Part shown: positions 10,023-19,416 of the stretch, piece by piece
Layout of the letters: every line of letters starts with the position of its first letter
Numbering within the stretch: position 1 is the first letter of the stretch
From: a bacterium
GTDB taxonomy: Bacteria; Zhuqueibacterota; Zhuqueibacteria; Oceanimicrobiales; Oceanimicrobiaceae
NCBI GenBank assembly: GCA_046757525.1
Contig: JBHHYI010000050.1
Coordinates: 1 to 25,136 of the forward strand
Direction of reading: 5' to 3'
Length of the DNA stretch: 25,136 bases
Program-made: the position numbers and the translations under genes
Notes under the pieces: generated by a model
Databases searched by the model: none
The model's input: only the letters and a program-made list of their open reading frames with translations
What the model was told of the DNA's origin: nothing

Positions 10023-11474
10023 TCAACCCTTGATGCACCCCAGCGGCCGCAACTGAGCTACCTTTTTGGAAATGCCGGCCAATTGACAAGCGTCCACCAC
10101 ATCGGCCACGTCCTTGTAGGCTTCAGAGATTTCTTCGTCAAGGGTACGCCGGCTGGAAGCCTGGACAAAAATGCCCTTGTCTTGCAATTCCCTGGCAATG
10201 GACCGTCCTCGGGCGACCTTTTTGGCTTTGTGGCGGCTCATGGCGCGACCGGCCCCGTGACAGGTCGAACCAAACGTCTGCTCCATGGCGCCTTCGGTAC
10301 CGACCAGAACATAGGAATAGCGTCCCATGTCGCCTGGAATCAACACCGGCTGTCCAATCCCTCGGTAAGCCGCTGGAATTTCCTCTGAGTCGGGCGCAAA
10401 GGCTCGGGTGGCGCCTTTCCGGTGCACACAGAGCTTCATGGCTTTGCCTTCTACGATGTGCGTTTCGATCTTTGCGATGTTGTGCGCTACTTCGTAAACC
10501 ATGCGCAAGCCGATTTCCCGCGGAGACAGTTTTAGCGCTTTCTCGAAGGCTTCTCGTGTCCACGCGGCAATGACCTGCCGGTTGGCGAAGGCATAGTTGA
10601 CTGCACAGCGCATGGCCTGTAAATATTCCTGCCCTTCGGGGGAATCGATTGGCGCGCAGCAAAGCTGGCGGTCCGGAAGATCGATCCCGTATTTTTGTAC
10701 CGCCCGGTTCATCACGGCCAGGTAGTCGTCGCAGACCTGATGGCCGAATCCGCGTGAGCCACAATGAATGATCACCGTGACCTGGTCCAGCTCCAATCCC
10801 AGCGCTGCGGCCGCAGCGTCGTCAAAAATCTCCGCGACGTAACCAACCTCGAGAAAATGATTGCCAGAACCCAGAGTTCCCAATTGACTGCGTCCACGTT
10901 CAAGCGCCCGGGTGCTAACGACCGAAGGATTGGCCTCGGACATGCGGCCATGTTCTTCGATGTACTCCAAATCTTCCTCCGTGCCGTAACCATTTGTTAC
11001 GGCCCACCTGGCGCCGTCCACAACCACCTTCTTTTCAGTCTGGTGGGACACCCGCAGCTTGCCCTTCGACCCCACGCCGGTGGGCACATGGTGAAAAAGC
11101 GAAGTCACCAGATTCTCTATTTTGCCCTGGATGTCCTTGCGGCTTAACTTGGAAGCCATCAGCCGCACACCACAATTGATGTCGTAACCAACACCGCCGG
11201 GAGAGATAACCCCGTTGTTGACATCGAACGCTGCTACCCCACCGATGGGGAAACCGTACCCCCAATGAATGTCCGGCATGGCCAGCGAATAGTTGACGAT
11301 GCCAGGCAGGTGGGCCACGTTAGCGGCCTGCTCCGGAGCGTTGTCCCCCCGGATGGCATCGATCATGTTTGCAGTAGCGTAAATCCGGGCAGGCACCTTC
11401 ATTTTTCCGGTTTTGGGAATCTCCCAAAAATAATCCGTAACTTTTTGCAATTTCATCTCATTCATGGCCATCAT
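10023..11474 (-). CDS. rtcB: RNA 3'-phosphate/5'-OH ligase RtcB
   Basis: MPDIHWGYGFPIGGV, GYDINCGVR, LGTLGSGNHFLE, IHCGSRGFGHQ, HNIAK, HRKGAT, PGDMG, STCHGAGR and AYKDV motifs. Confidence 0.97.
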   Translation of the reverse strand: MMAMNEMKLQKVTDYFWEIPKTGKMKVPARIYATANMIDAIRGDNAPEQAANVAHLPGIVNYSLAMPDIHWGYGFPIGGVAAFDVNNGVISPGGVGYDINCGVRLMASKLSRKDIQGKIENLVTSLFHHVPTGVGSKGKLRVSHQTEKKVVVDGARWAVTNGYGTEEDLEYIEEHGRMSEANPSVVSTRALERGRSQLGTLGSGNHFLEVGYVAEIFDDAAAAALGLELDQVTVIIHCGSRGFGHQVCDDYLAVMNRAVQKYGIDLPDRQLCCAPIDSPEGQEYLQAMRCAVNYAFANRQVIAAWTREAFEKALKLSPREIGLRMVYEVAHNIAKIETHIVEGKAMKLCVHRKGATRAFAPDSEEIPAAYRGIGQPVLIPGDMGRYSYVLVGTEGAMEQTFGSTCHGAGRAMSRHKAKKVARGRSIARELQDKGIFVQASSRRTLDEEISEAYKDVADVVDACQLAGISKKVAQLRPLGCIKG

Positions 11475-11899
11475 AAATCAAAAATCACTTGTGCTTCCCA
11501 CCCTTGCACAGTTTCACGCACATAAAGCTTGTGGTAAGTCACAGCCTTGATCTCGGTGTAGAGCTCATGCCGGTCAAGATCCAATTCTTCACCTTGTACC
11601 CGGGCCAGCAAGGCGGTTGGCCCAATTTCGTCAATCTGGAAATTCTTGAACACCATTCTTTCAGTCAAAAAACGGTAATTGAGCTCAGAAAGCCAGTTCA
11701 GCAACAACGCCGCCAAATCGGTGGCTTCTACCCGGAGTCTCATTTCGCAAGTCGAGTGAACTGTCTCGAGATTGCTTATCATTGCAAACATTCCGAGAGC
11801 AGCATTGCAGAATAAATCTGCCAGATCACACCCAAACACCTTGAGACCGGCATCGGCTGTGTGATCGATTGGCAGGTATTTGGTAGCGGCTTCAGACAT
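11471..11899 (-). CDS. Archease (RtcB activator)
   Basis: DHTADAG, EIKAVTYH and C-terminal IFDL signatures. Its stop overlaps the rtcB start (ATGA). ATG 11899 chosen because of the AGGGG RBS; the track starts at TTG 11905. Confidence 0.95.
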   Translation of the reverse strand: MSEAATKYLPIDHTADAGLKVFGCDLADLFCNAALGMFAMISNLETVHSTCEMRLRVEATDLAALLLNWLSELNYRFLTERMVFKNFQIDEIGPTALLARVQGEELDLDRHELYTEIKAVTYHKLYVRETVQGWEAQVIFDL

Positions 11900-11911
11900 C
11901 AGCAACCCCTA

Positions 11912-13072
11912 TTAAAGCTCAAAATGGGCCAATTGCTGCAACACATATTCTCGAATCTCCATAGGCTTTGCCAACTCTCTAAGCAAACGGCCGGAATCAA
12001 TCGTGGGTTTCAAAAGGCTCTCGTAAGTCTTGCCACAGTCGCAAACCTTCGAGTGCACCCTGCCCGCGGGGACTATGACCGACTTAAAGCATCCCGGGCA
12101 GCGCCAGACCTCCTTTTCACCGGACAGCTTGCCCCGTTTGGCGACCGGCTTGCCTTCGATGGCCACGATGTCCATGGCAAAGTCCAGGACTGGCGAATTG
12201 GAAATCGAAGTACCCACGCCGTAAGCGTCAGCGACTTCATTGTACTGCAAGATCTTGTCTTCATTCAAACCGCCGGACAGAAATATTTTCACATGTTGGA
12301 AGCCGCGCAAGTCCAATTCCCAACGCACCTCCCGCATCAATGCGACAAAATCACCGCGCCGGGTTCCGGGGGTGTCTAAACGCACGGCGAACAACTCCTT
12401 GCCCAGCGCTTCGGCTACCCGAATGGCCTCGATCTTTTCGTCGTTAAACGTGTCGATGAGCGCTACACGACTGATGCTTTTGTCCACCACCTGATGGAAA
12501 GCCCGGGCAGCTTCCACCGTGTCTCCCAACAACAGAATTAACGTGTGCGGCATGGTTCCACTGGGTTCCAGGCCCAAATTCTCGGCGCTTTTTATGGTGG
12601 CCACCCCGTCGCAGCCGCCGACAAATGCGTTGCGTTCGATCATGGGTGCGATGACCGGATGCATGCGCCGCGCACCAAAACTGATGACCGGTCGATGCCC
12701 CGCCGCCTTTTTGCACCTGGCGGATTTTGTTGCGACCCCGGAAGCCTGACAAAGCAGCCCCAAAATCGCCGTCTCATAAATGCCGAAATCTAAATAGGGC
12801 CCCTCGATGGTCATCACTGGTTCGGAAACACGGAAAAGGGTGCCTTCCTCCATGCAACTAACTTTTACGTGCAAATCTTTGATCAACTCCACGCTTTCTT
12901 CAATGCCCGCCAACACGCCCCACGCTGCATTTTTCGGAAAACTTTTTACGATGAATTCGGCCATGACCCGCTTGTTGATTCCTCTGGCCTTTAATATTTC
13001 TTTGGTGCGCTGAAAATAAACATCGGTGACCTTCCCGGCTTTGATCTCTTCGGGCAAGGCAATCTGGAACAT
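11912..13072 (-). CDS. pncB: Nicotinate phosphoribosyltransferase (archaeal-like subgroup)
   Basis: TDVYF, YETAILG, SFGARR, GTMPH (phospho-His), LIDTF, VRLDT, SGGL, YGVGT, DFAMDIV and KRGKLSG motifs. Confidence 0.92.
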   Translation of the reverse strand: MFQIALPEEIKAGKVTDVYFQRTKEILKARGINKRVMAEFIVKSFPKNAAWGVLAGIEESVELIKDLHVKVSCMEEGTLFRVSEPVMTIEGPYLDFGIYETAILGLLCQASGVATKSARCKKAAGHRPVISFGARRMHPVIAPMIERNAFVGGCDGVATIKSAENLGLEPSGTMPHTLILLLGDTVEAARAFHQVVDKSISRVALIDTFNDEKIEAIRVAEALGKELFAVRLDTPGTRRGDFVALMREVRWELDLRGFQHVKIFLSGGLNEDKILQYNEVADAYGVGTSISNSPVLDFAMDIVAIEGKPVAKRGKLSGEKEVWRCPGCFKSVIVPAGRVHSKVCDCGKTYESLLKPTIDSGRLLRELAKPMEIREYVLQQLAHFEL

Positions 13073-13168
13073 GGTGTTCTCTCTCCGCTTGATTTAAAAT
13101 AAGAAAACTGAGACTGGCAACTTTTGCACTTTCTGCCGATGTTTTTGCAGTAAGAATAAATTCATTTA

Positions 13169-13197
13169 AATATATGAAACAAAAGGTTAAAATACAA
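13169..13197 (-). promoter_or_regulatory. Putative sigma70-type promoter for pncB-archease-rtcB
   Basis: Minus strand TTGTAT-N17-TATATT in an AT-rich intergenic region ~95 bp upstream of pncB. Confidence 0.55.
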
Positions 13198-13253
13198 TAA
13201 TTTGTTTAAACAGGATGGGAATTGAACACTGAAGCACCTTGAATTGAAAAGAT

Positions 13254-13919
13254 CTACGCATATTTTTTGAGAATGTTGATCACTCTGTCCTCGTCAACCT
13301 GGGAGAAATCCTGGTAGAAAAGTCCGACGCCGCCAAAAAAGGATGGCCTTTCTAAAACCAACATCTGGTCCACCTGGTTGCGCAGTTCTTCTAACGTGCT
13401 CAGCTCTCCTACAGGAATGGCTAAAATGAGCCTGCCCGGATTTTCCGCCCGCACCCCATAGATGGCCGCTTTCATGGTTGCCCCGGTGGCTACTCCGTCA
13501 TCGGTGAGGACGACTACCCGTCCCGTCAACGGCACTCTCTCCCGAACCTTGCGATAAGTGTCAGCACGCGCACGTAACTGCCGACGCTGCGCTTCTTCCT
13601 CAAGCCGCAAATACTTTTCCGAAACCTGAAGCGCTTGAATGACATCCTGGTTTAGCTGAGTTGCACCCGTTTCCGTAACAGCGCCGATGGCCAACTCCGG
13701 GCTCTCAGGCGCTCGCAATTTGCGTACCACCACCACATCTAATTCGGCCTTGAGTCGCTTGGCGATTTGGTGGGCGATGATGACCCCTCCTCGCGGCAAA
13801 CCCAAGATGACCGGGTTCGAGTCTTTTAAACACTCCAATCGTGCAGATAGAAGTTTTCCAGCTTCTTCACGGTTTAGAAACACACCGTAAAGCTGTTGTA
13901 ATAAGTTCACAAGCGTCAA
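13254..13919 (-). CDS. Type I phosphoribosyltransferase family protein (substrate unknown)
   Basis: FLNREEAG, LGLPRGGV, VRKLRAP..PELAIGAV, PRPP loop VVLTDDGVATGATM and VGLFYQDFSQV. Start uncertain (TTG 13919 or a GTG further in). Confidence 0.9.
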   Translation of the reverse strand: MTLVNLLQQLYGVFLNREEAGKLLSARLECLKDSNPVILGLPRGGVIIAHQIAKRLKAELDVVVVRKLRAPESPELAIGAVTETGATQLNQDVIQALQVSEKYLRLEEEAQRRQLRARADTYRKVRERVPLTGRVVVLTDDGVATGATMKAAIYGVRAENPGRLILAIPVGELSTLEELRNQVDQMLVLERPSFFGGVGLFYQDFSQVDEDRVINILKKYA

Positions 13920-13944
13920 AATCCAATGTTTTGCATTACTAATA

Positions 13945-13972
13945 AATATAAAAAGAAATTGGCGGATTTCAA
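13945..13972 (-). promoter_or_regulatory. Putative sigma70-type promoter for the PRTase gene
   Basis: Minus strand TTGAAA-N16-TATATT. Confidence 0.5.
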
Positions 13973-14130
13973 CTATTATTAATTGGTAGGCAGTAGGTTG
14001 TTGATATTCTACGCGGAAAATTCAAGTTGGAAGGACTGTGGCGGTTAACGGCTTGTCAGCAGGAATCATCAGTAGGATTCGAACGTGACCAAGATGCTTA
14101 CAGAATCGTATTGAGCACGGCTGAAGCAGC

Positions 14131-15234
14131 TTATTGGTCTCCAAAAGAGGTGCCGACGGCGCGGGCCGCCTGAATTTCTTGGCAGTCGAGGGGCACCGTG
14201 CGATTTTTCGCAATGGCTTCTGTAATTGGAACGGCAGCAATGTGGTTTCCGTGCAGGGCGGCCATGTATCCGAACTTCCCACTTGCAGCCAACTCGCAGG
14301 CTTTTACCCCGAATTTGGTCGCCAGATTCCGGTCGAAAGGCGTTGGAGAACCACCCCGTTGCAGATGCCCCAGCACCGTCACTCGGGTCTCCAGACCGGT
14401 ATCGGAAAAGATTTTGTGACCAACTAATTCACCGATTCCTCCCAACTGTTTGGCATCGGTGCGCTTGATGTCGAAAGATTTGACGACCATCTCCCCGCCT
14501 TCGGGCTTGGCGCCCTCAGCGACACAAATGATGCTGAAGCGTTTTCCATGCAAACTCCGGTCCCGCACTTTCTTGTAGATGGCCTCCCACTTGAAAGGAA
14601 TCTCCGGGATGAGGATCACGTCGGCGCCGCCAGCCAGTCCCGCACCCAGAGCGATCCATCCGGCATATCTGCCCATCACTTCGATGATCATGACTCGGTG
14701 GTGGGAAGAAGCCGTCGTGTGCAGGCGGTCGATGGCTTCGGTGGCTACGAAAAGCGCAGAATCGTAACCAAACGTCAGGTCAGTCGCAGCCAGGTCGTTG
14801 TCGATGGTCTTAGGCACCCCAACGATGTTCAGCCCAGTTTGTGACAGTTTGTGGCTGATATTCATGGTGCCATCGCCGCCAATGGCCACAACCGCATCGA
14901 GGCCCCAGCGTTTGTAGTTTCGCACAACCCGTACCGACTCGTCGACAATCTTGATTTTGCCATCCAAATCCTCCTCGGGATAATGGAACGGATCGCCTTT
15001 GTTCGAGGTGCCTAAAATGGTGCCGCCCAGATTCAGGATTCCCGAGACCTCTTTGTTGCTGATCTCATGCATTCGTCCTTCCACAAAGCCCTCAAATCCA
15101 TCCTCGATTCCAATAACCGAAGCCTCGTGCCTTGACATTGCCGCCTTTGCTATCGCACGAATTACGGCGTTCAGACCAGGACAATCACCGCCACCCGTAA
15201 TAATACCGATGCGCTTGAGTCGTTTTGACGCCAT
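14131..15234 (-). CDS. pfkA: 6-phosphofructokinase (PfkA family, group III type)
   Basis: TGGGDCPGLN, GGTILGTS, IGGDGT, VPKTIDNDL, EVMGRYAG and LGHLQRGG motifs. AGGAGG RBS. Confidence 0.95.
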   Translation of the reverse strand: MASKRLKRIGIITGGGDCPGLNAVIRAIAKAAMSRHEASVIGIEDGFEGFVEGRMHEISNKEVSGILNLGGTILGTSNKGDPFHYPEEDLDGKIKIVDESVRVVRNYKRWGLDAVVAIGGDGTMNISHKLSQTGLNIVGVPKTIDNDLAATDLTFGYDSALFVATEAIDRLHTTASSHHRVMIIEVMGRYAGWIALGAGLAGGADVILIPEIPFKWEAIYKKVRDRSLHGKRFSIICVAEGAKPEGGEMVVKSFDIKRTDAKQLGGIGELVGHKIFSDTGLETRVTVLGHLQRGGSPTPFDRNLATKFGVKACELAASGKFGYMAALHGNHIAAVPITEAIAKNRTVPLDCQEIQAARAVGTSFGDQ

Positions 15235-15256
15235 TAAAGAGATTCCTCCTTAAAAA

Positions 15257-17053
15257 TCACTGCTCATTTAACCAGCTTTTTCTAATCCTCTTTTGCAGTT
15301 TCGACACTTTGTCCAATTCCTTGATCGCAAACTTGCTGTTGCCGCCGCTCTCCAGCCCGACTCGAAAGTTGCGCAGCACGTTTCTGCGAAATACAGTCAC
15401 AGTGATCGTATCGCCAGGAGCGTACTTTTTCAGCATTTTTTTCCAGCTATTCTGGCGCGTGCGCTTCGTGTCAAACGCCAGGAGTACATCGCCAACGTCC
15501 AGACCAGCATGGTAGGCCGGCGTTTCAGGCAGAACATTCGTTACTTTGCATTCTTTTGTGTCGCCTGCTGTTTTAATGCCCAGATAGGCGCTCGGCTGCT
15601 TTTCGTCTTGCTCCTCAGTCAATTGCAAGCCCGCGTATGCCAGAAATCGGTTGTAATCGATTTCCTCGGTTCCAAACACGTAGTCCGCAAAAAACTGGTC
15701 ATAGCTACCGCCGGCCACGCTGGTAAGCGCTTGCTGCAGCCCATCTTCTGGCACCCCGCGATTGTGCGCCGCATAGGTGTCATAAAGAAAGCGCAGCACG
15801 TCATCGAGCGATTTGTGGTTTTTGGTACGCTGCCTGACTTCTAAATCCAACAGCAAGCCCAGTAGAGCGCCTTTGCCGTAAAAAGAAACGGACGAATTGG
15901 GCGGGGCATGCCCGTACCCTTTGGTCCAACTGTCCCAACTCGACATGGCCACACTGGTTATCTTTCTGCCAAAAGCATTTTGTAAGCTCTTGATGGCTTT
16001 AGCCAGATCCTCGAAATATTTGTCGCGCTTTTTCAACTTTGCCCGCACCAGGGTCAAGCCCCCGTAATAGCTGGTGAATCCTTCGTAGTCCCACATGGTT
16101 GTGGTGTACGCCTCCTTCGAGTAATCCGGCAGATAAATGGCTTGTGGCCGAATGCGTTCCACGTTCCAAACATGGAAAAACTCGTGCGAGGTAACACTTA
16201 GAAAACCGTTGTAGAATTTTTCATTTTCAAAATCCGCGGGGCCCATTACGATAGAAGTTGAGTACTTGTGTTCAACCCCGTGCCCCATGCGAAATGGAAC
16301 CAGATGGTAGAGAAACACATATCTCTTGAAAGGCACAATCTGCATGAATCGGGTTTGTTCCGCCACAATTTTGTGCACATCTTCCACAACCTTTTTTTGG
16401 TCAAAATCGACATCGCCCTGAAAGACGAGATCGTACTGCGCTCCTTTGTCCTCAAAGCTCAGCAGCATGAAATTCGGGCTGATCAGAATGGGCGCGTCCA
16501 CCAGTTCGTGATAACTCTCACTGAAAAAGGCCTTTTCTGAAGCGTCGGTGTTCAACGCTGTGGCGACCCGCCAATCTGAAGGTTTCTCGATTTGCAGCCG
16601 CACCGGGGACAATTCCTGACCGGGAATGTACATCAACAGGGTAATGGGGTTGATGTAGGCCTCGGAGTCGTCGAGGTAACTGGCGCCGCCATCCAACTGT
16701 CGAGCATAGTACTGGTATTTCACCACCACCCTGGCGGCTTGAGCGCTCTGCACGCGCCAGGTGTCTTTGTCGATCTTTGTGGAGCTCAACGGTCGTTGCA
16801 ATTCGTCAAAGGCCTGGAACGCCATGACATTCCTGGCATAGTTTTGCATATAGTAGCGGCCCGGACGCCAGGCCGGAATGCGAAACTCCATGTTTTCATT
16901 GTTTAGATTTTCAACGGTGAGGCTGATATCGAAAAGGTGAGAATTCGGCTGCCGCCAGGAAATTTGGTAGGAAATAGGAGCCTTTTCCTGGGACAAGGCA
17001 GGTTTGAGCGGCAGAACAAAAGCGGCCAGCAGTAGCACCGGAAATTTTCTCAT
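15257..17053 (-). CDS. Secreted M61 family (glycyl aminopeptidase-like) metallopeptidase with C-terminal PDZ
   Basis: Signal peptide MRKFPVLLLAAFVLPLKPALS from ATG 17053 (the track starts upstream at 17113). PAWRPGRY, GVEH, HEFFHVWN, YEGFTSYY, FYGKG and PDZ motif PAYHAGLDVGDVLLA. Confidence 0.92.
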   Translation of the reverse strand: MRKFPVLLLAAFVLPLKPALSQEKAPISYQISWRQPNSHLFDISLTVENLNNENMEFRIPAWRPGRYYMQNYARNVMAFQAFDELQRPLSSTKIDKDTWRVQSAQAARVVVKYQYYARQLDGGASYLDDSEAYINPITLLMYIPGQELSPVRLQIEKPSDWRVATALNTDASEKAFFSESYHELVDAPILISPNFMLLSFEDKGAQYDLVFQGDVDFDQKKVVEDVHKIVAEQTRFMQIVPFKRYVFLYHLVPFRMGHGVEHKYSTSIVMGPADFENEKFYNGFLSVTSHEFFHVWNVERIRPQAIYLPDYSKEAYTTTMWDYEGFTSYYGGLTLVRAKLKKRDKYFEDLAKAIKSLQNAFGRKITSVAMSSWDSWTKGYGHAPPNSSVSFYGKGALLGLLLDLEVRQRTKNHKSLDDVLRFLYDTYAAHNRGVPEDGLQQALTSVAGGSYDQFFADYVFGTEEIDYNRFLAYAGLQLTEEQDEKQPSAYLGIKTAGDTKECKVTNVLPETPAYHAGLDVGDVLLAFDTKRTRQNSWKKMLKKYAPGDTITVTVFRRNVLRNFRVGLESGGNSKFAIKELDKVSKLQKRIRKSWLNEQ

Positions 17054-17129
17054 GAGCAGTTCCCTTCTTTTGCCGGAAAAACAACATTCTCGAGATAGCC
17101 TACAAAAAGCCAATCACAAAAAACCACGC

Positions 17130-18038
17130 CTAAGCCTTCACACCGAAGAAGTTTTTAACCACATAACCAGCTATCTTCGGATTTTCTTTCAAGCGTCGAA
17201 TGGAGTATTCGTACCATCTTTTCCCATAGGGAACATAGACGCGCAGCTTATGCCCGCCTTGCAGAATAATGCGTCGCAACTGTTCGTCCACGCCAAGCAG
17301 CATCTGGAATTCATACCGCTCTTTTGGTACTTTAAGTTCGTCCAGAATCTTGTACGCTGCCCAGACCAATTTTTCGTCGTGGGTGGCGATGCCAATGTAG
17401 TTGCCGTTGCGCAGCAGCTCTTCGAGCAGTAGAACATAATTCAAATTTATGATGTCCTTGTCCTTGTAAGCAATCTCCCTGGGTTCGATGTAAATGCCTT
17501 TGCAGACTCGTACGTTTAAAGGCGCGGTGCCATTCATCAAGCCTCTGACGTCACTCAAGCTTCTGCGCATGTAAGCCTGGATGACAAAACCAACATTGTC
17601 GAAATCTTTCCTGAGCTGGCTGTAAATTTTCAACGTGTCGCTGGTGCAGGAAGAATCCTCCATGTCGATGCGAACGAAGTTATGCAACTCCCCCGCCCTT
17701 TCCAGAAGCCTTCTCATGTTCTTGAGGCAAAAATCAAAATCGAGCTGCAAACCCACCATGGTCAGTTTTACCGAAATGTTCGAATCGAGTTTCTCGAGGT
17801 GGATCTTTTCCAGGGCTTTCAAATATTCCTGCACGGCGCTTTCTGCCTCTTCGGTTTTGGTGACGTGCTCCCCCAGAACATCCAGCGTAGCGCAACACCC
17901 CTCGCCGTTGAGGTTATGCACCACGCGGACCGCATCTTCCAGAGTAGAACCAGCAATGTAGCGGGACGAGACGCTCCTGACCAGAAACCTTGGAACGAAC
18001 GGAATCGTCCACACCGTCAAATGATCCAACAGGCTCAA
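17130..18038 (-). CDS. Monofunctional proline dehydrogenase
   Basis: RYIAG, TLDVLGE, ISVKLT, VRIDMEDS, QAYMRR, RVCKGIY, IATHD, EFQMLLGV and YSIRRLKENP motifs. TTG start. Confidence 0.95.
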   Translation of the reverse strand: MSLLDHLTVWTIPFVPRFLVRSVSSRYIAGSTLEDAVRVVHNLNGEGCCATLDVLGEHVTKTEEAESAVQEYLKALEKIHLEKLDSNISVKLTMVGLQLDFDFCLKNMRRLLERAGELHNFVRIDMEDSSCTSDTLKIYSQLRKDFDNVGFVIQAYMRRSLSDVRGLMNGTAPLNVRVCKGIYIEPREIAYKDKDIINLNYVLLLEELLRNGNYIGIATHDEKLVWAAYKILDELKVPKERYEFQMLLGVDEQLRRIILQGGHKLRVYVPYGKRWYEYSIRRLKENPKIAGYVVKNFFGVKA

Positions 18039-18107
18039 ATAAGAATTCCTTCGGTTTCTTCTACGCGAACTTGGTTAAAATCAAAATCTGCCGGGTAGGG
18101 CACTGTA

Positions 18108-18319
18108 AGTGTCTTTATTAGCATTTCTCACTTCGACAAGAGGATAAAACCGTAATACGAACAAGCCCTTATCCGTCATTCTGGAAGAATCCTTTTAATT
18201 CTAACAAAGGGGTGTCGAAGCGGCACCTGTGCTGAAAATCAACAAGATTCCCACTGAATGACAGTTGCGGTAGACTCTTTTTGACCGCAGGTAAAGTGAG
18301 AAATGTTAGTGTCTTTATT
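18108..18319. mobile_element. MITE-like non-autonomous element with terminal inverted repeats and target-site duplication
   Basis: Exact direct repeat AGTGTCTTTATT at 18108-18119 and 18308-18319. It immediately flanks inverted repeats AGCATTTCTCACTT (18120-18133) and AAGTGAGAAATGTT (18294-18307), 13/14 match. No credible coding capacity; several internal hairpins. Confidence 0.8.
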
Positions 18320-18360
18320 TTAGACAAACTCAAAAAGAACTCGGATGCTCTCACACATTC

Positions 18361-19332
18361 TTATTGCAACACTTCCGGATTCAGTAAATTCGTTGGCTCT
18401 CTCCCTTGCAACGCATAGATCAGATTTTGGGCGGCCATAGTGGCCATTTTGGACCGGGTCTCAATGGTCGCACTGGCGATGTGGGGGGTGAGCACCACAT
18501 TGTTGAGCTTAAGCAATTCTGGATGCACCTCAGGTTCATTTTCAAAAACATCCAACGCAGCCCCGGCAATGATCTTCTTTTGCAATGCTTCAGCCAAAGC
18601 GGCCTCGTCCACCACCGGCCCTCGACTGGTGTTGACCAAATAAGCGGTCTTTTTCATCATGGCCAGGGTCTCAGCGTTGATCAAATGTCGGGTGCTGGGC
18701 AAAAGCGGCACGTGCACCGAGACGAAATCGGAATGGCGCAGCAATTCCTCCAGACTCACTCTGCGCGCCCCGATCTCCTGTTCCAACTTCGCATTGGCAA
18801 CGGCGTCTGCATAGAGTACCTGCATCTTGAAGCCGCGCGATTTCATGGCCACAGCGTGGCCGATCCGCCCGGCCCCGACGACGCCCAAAGTGCGACCGGT
18901 GATATCGCCGCCCAAATACATGAGCGGTCCCCACCCCTTGAATTTGCCGGAGCGCAAGAACAGCTCTGCCTCCGGGATGCGACGGGCCACGGTGAACAAC
19001 AGGGCCCAGGCATGATCCGAAGTCGCATCGGTCAGAACGCCAGGCGTATTGGTGGCCATGACGCCGTGTTGGGTGGCGGCTTGCAAATCGATGTTGTCGA
19101 ATCCTACGGCCATGTTGGCAACGACTTTTAATTGCGGCCCGGCCGCCTGGAGGAGTTCAGTATCTATTTTGTCGGTCAACAAGGTCAACAAGCCATGGGC
19201 TCCCTGAGCAGCCTCCAGGAATTCCGCGCGGGTTAACACCCGGTCCTGGCTATTCATTTTGAAATCTGGGTAAACCTGGCGTAGCAACTCCAGCCCGGCT
19301 TCAGGAATGGGTCTGGTTACGAAAATCTTCAT
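18361..19332 (-). CDS. D-isomer-specific 2-hydroxyacid dehydrogenase (glyoxylate reductase / D-glycerate dehydrogenase type)
   Basis: AVGFDNID, TNTPGVLTDAT, Rossmann GVVGAGRIG, NTSRGPVVDE, LDVFENEP and TPHIASA motifs. Confidence 0.95.
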   Translation of the reverse strand: MKIFVTRPIPEAGLELLRQVYPDFKMNSQDRVLTRAEFLEAAQGAHGLLTLLTDKIDTELLQAAGPQLKVVANMAVGFDNIDLQAATQHGVMATNTPGVLTDATSDHAWALLFTVARRIPEAELFLRSGKFKGWGPLMYLGGDITGRTLGVVGAGRIGHAVAMKSRGFKMQVLYADAVANAKLEQEIGARRVSLEELLRHSDFVSVHVPLLPSTRHLINAETLAMMKKTAYLVNTSRGPVVDEAALAEALQKKIIAGAALDVFENEPEVHPELLKLNNVVLTPHIASATIETRSKMATMAAQNLIYALQGREPTNLLNPEVLQ

Positions 19333-19416
19333 AAACGTTTGCCTTTCTTGAATGCGTAGCCCCCTTCTATTTTCTGCGTCCCCGTTTGCGGCGGTCTCCC
19401 ATGAACTCGGTGTTCT

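Noticed and set aside
10023..11474. Intein or intron in rtcB (also checked ligA)
   Set aside because: Both proteins are of normal length with contiguous motifs.
14074..14084. tRNA T-loop-like GTTCGAATCCT on the minus strand, near rtcB
   Set aside because: The flanks (TCACG / CCTAC) do not form a T-stem and no cloverleaf can be built.
17054..17113. N-terminal extension of the M61 peptidase given by the ORF track
   Set aside because: ATG 17053 has a purine-rich RBS and begins a typical signal peptide.
18169..18354. 61-aa ORF as a transposase remnant
   Set aside because: It crosses the element boundary and shows no transposase motifs.
18406..19131. 241-aa plus-strand ORF, and similar antisense or alternate-frame ORFs inside rtcB, pncB, apgM and the peptidase
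   Set aside because: Fully overlap well-supported genes; no family signatures.
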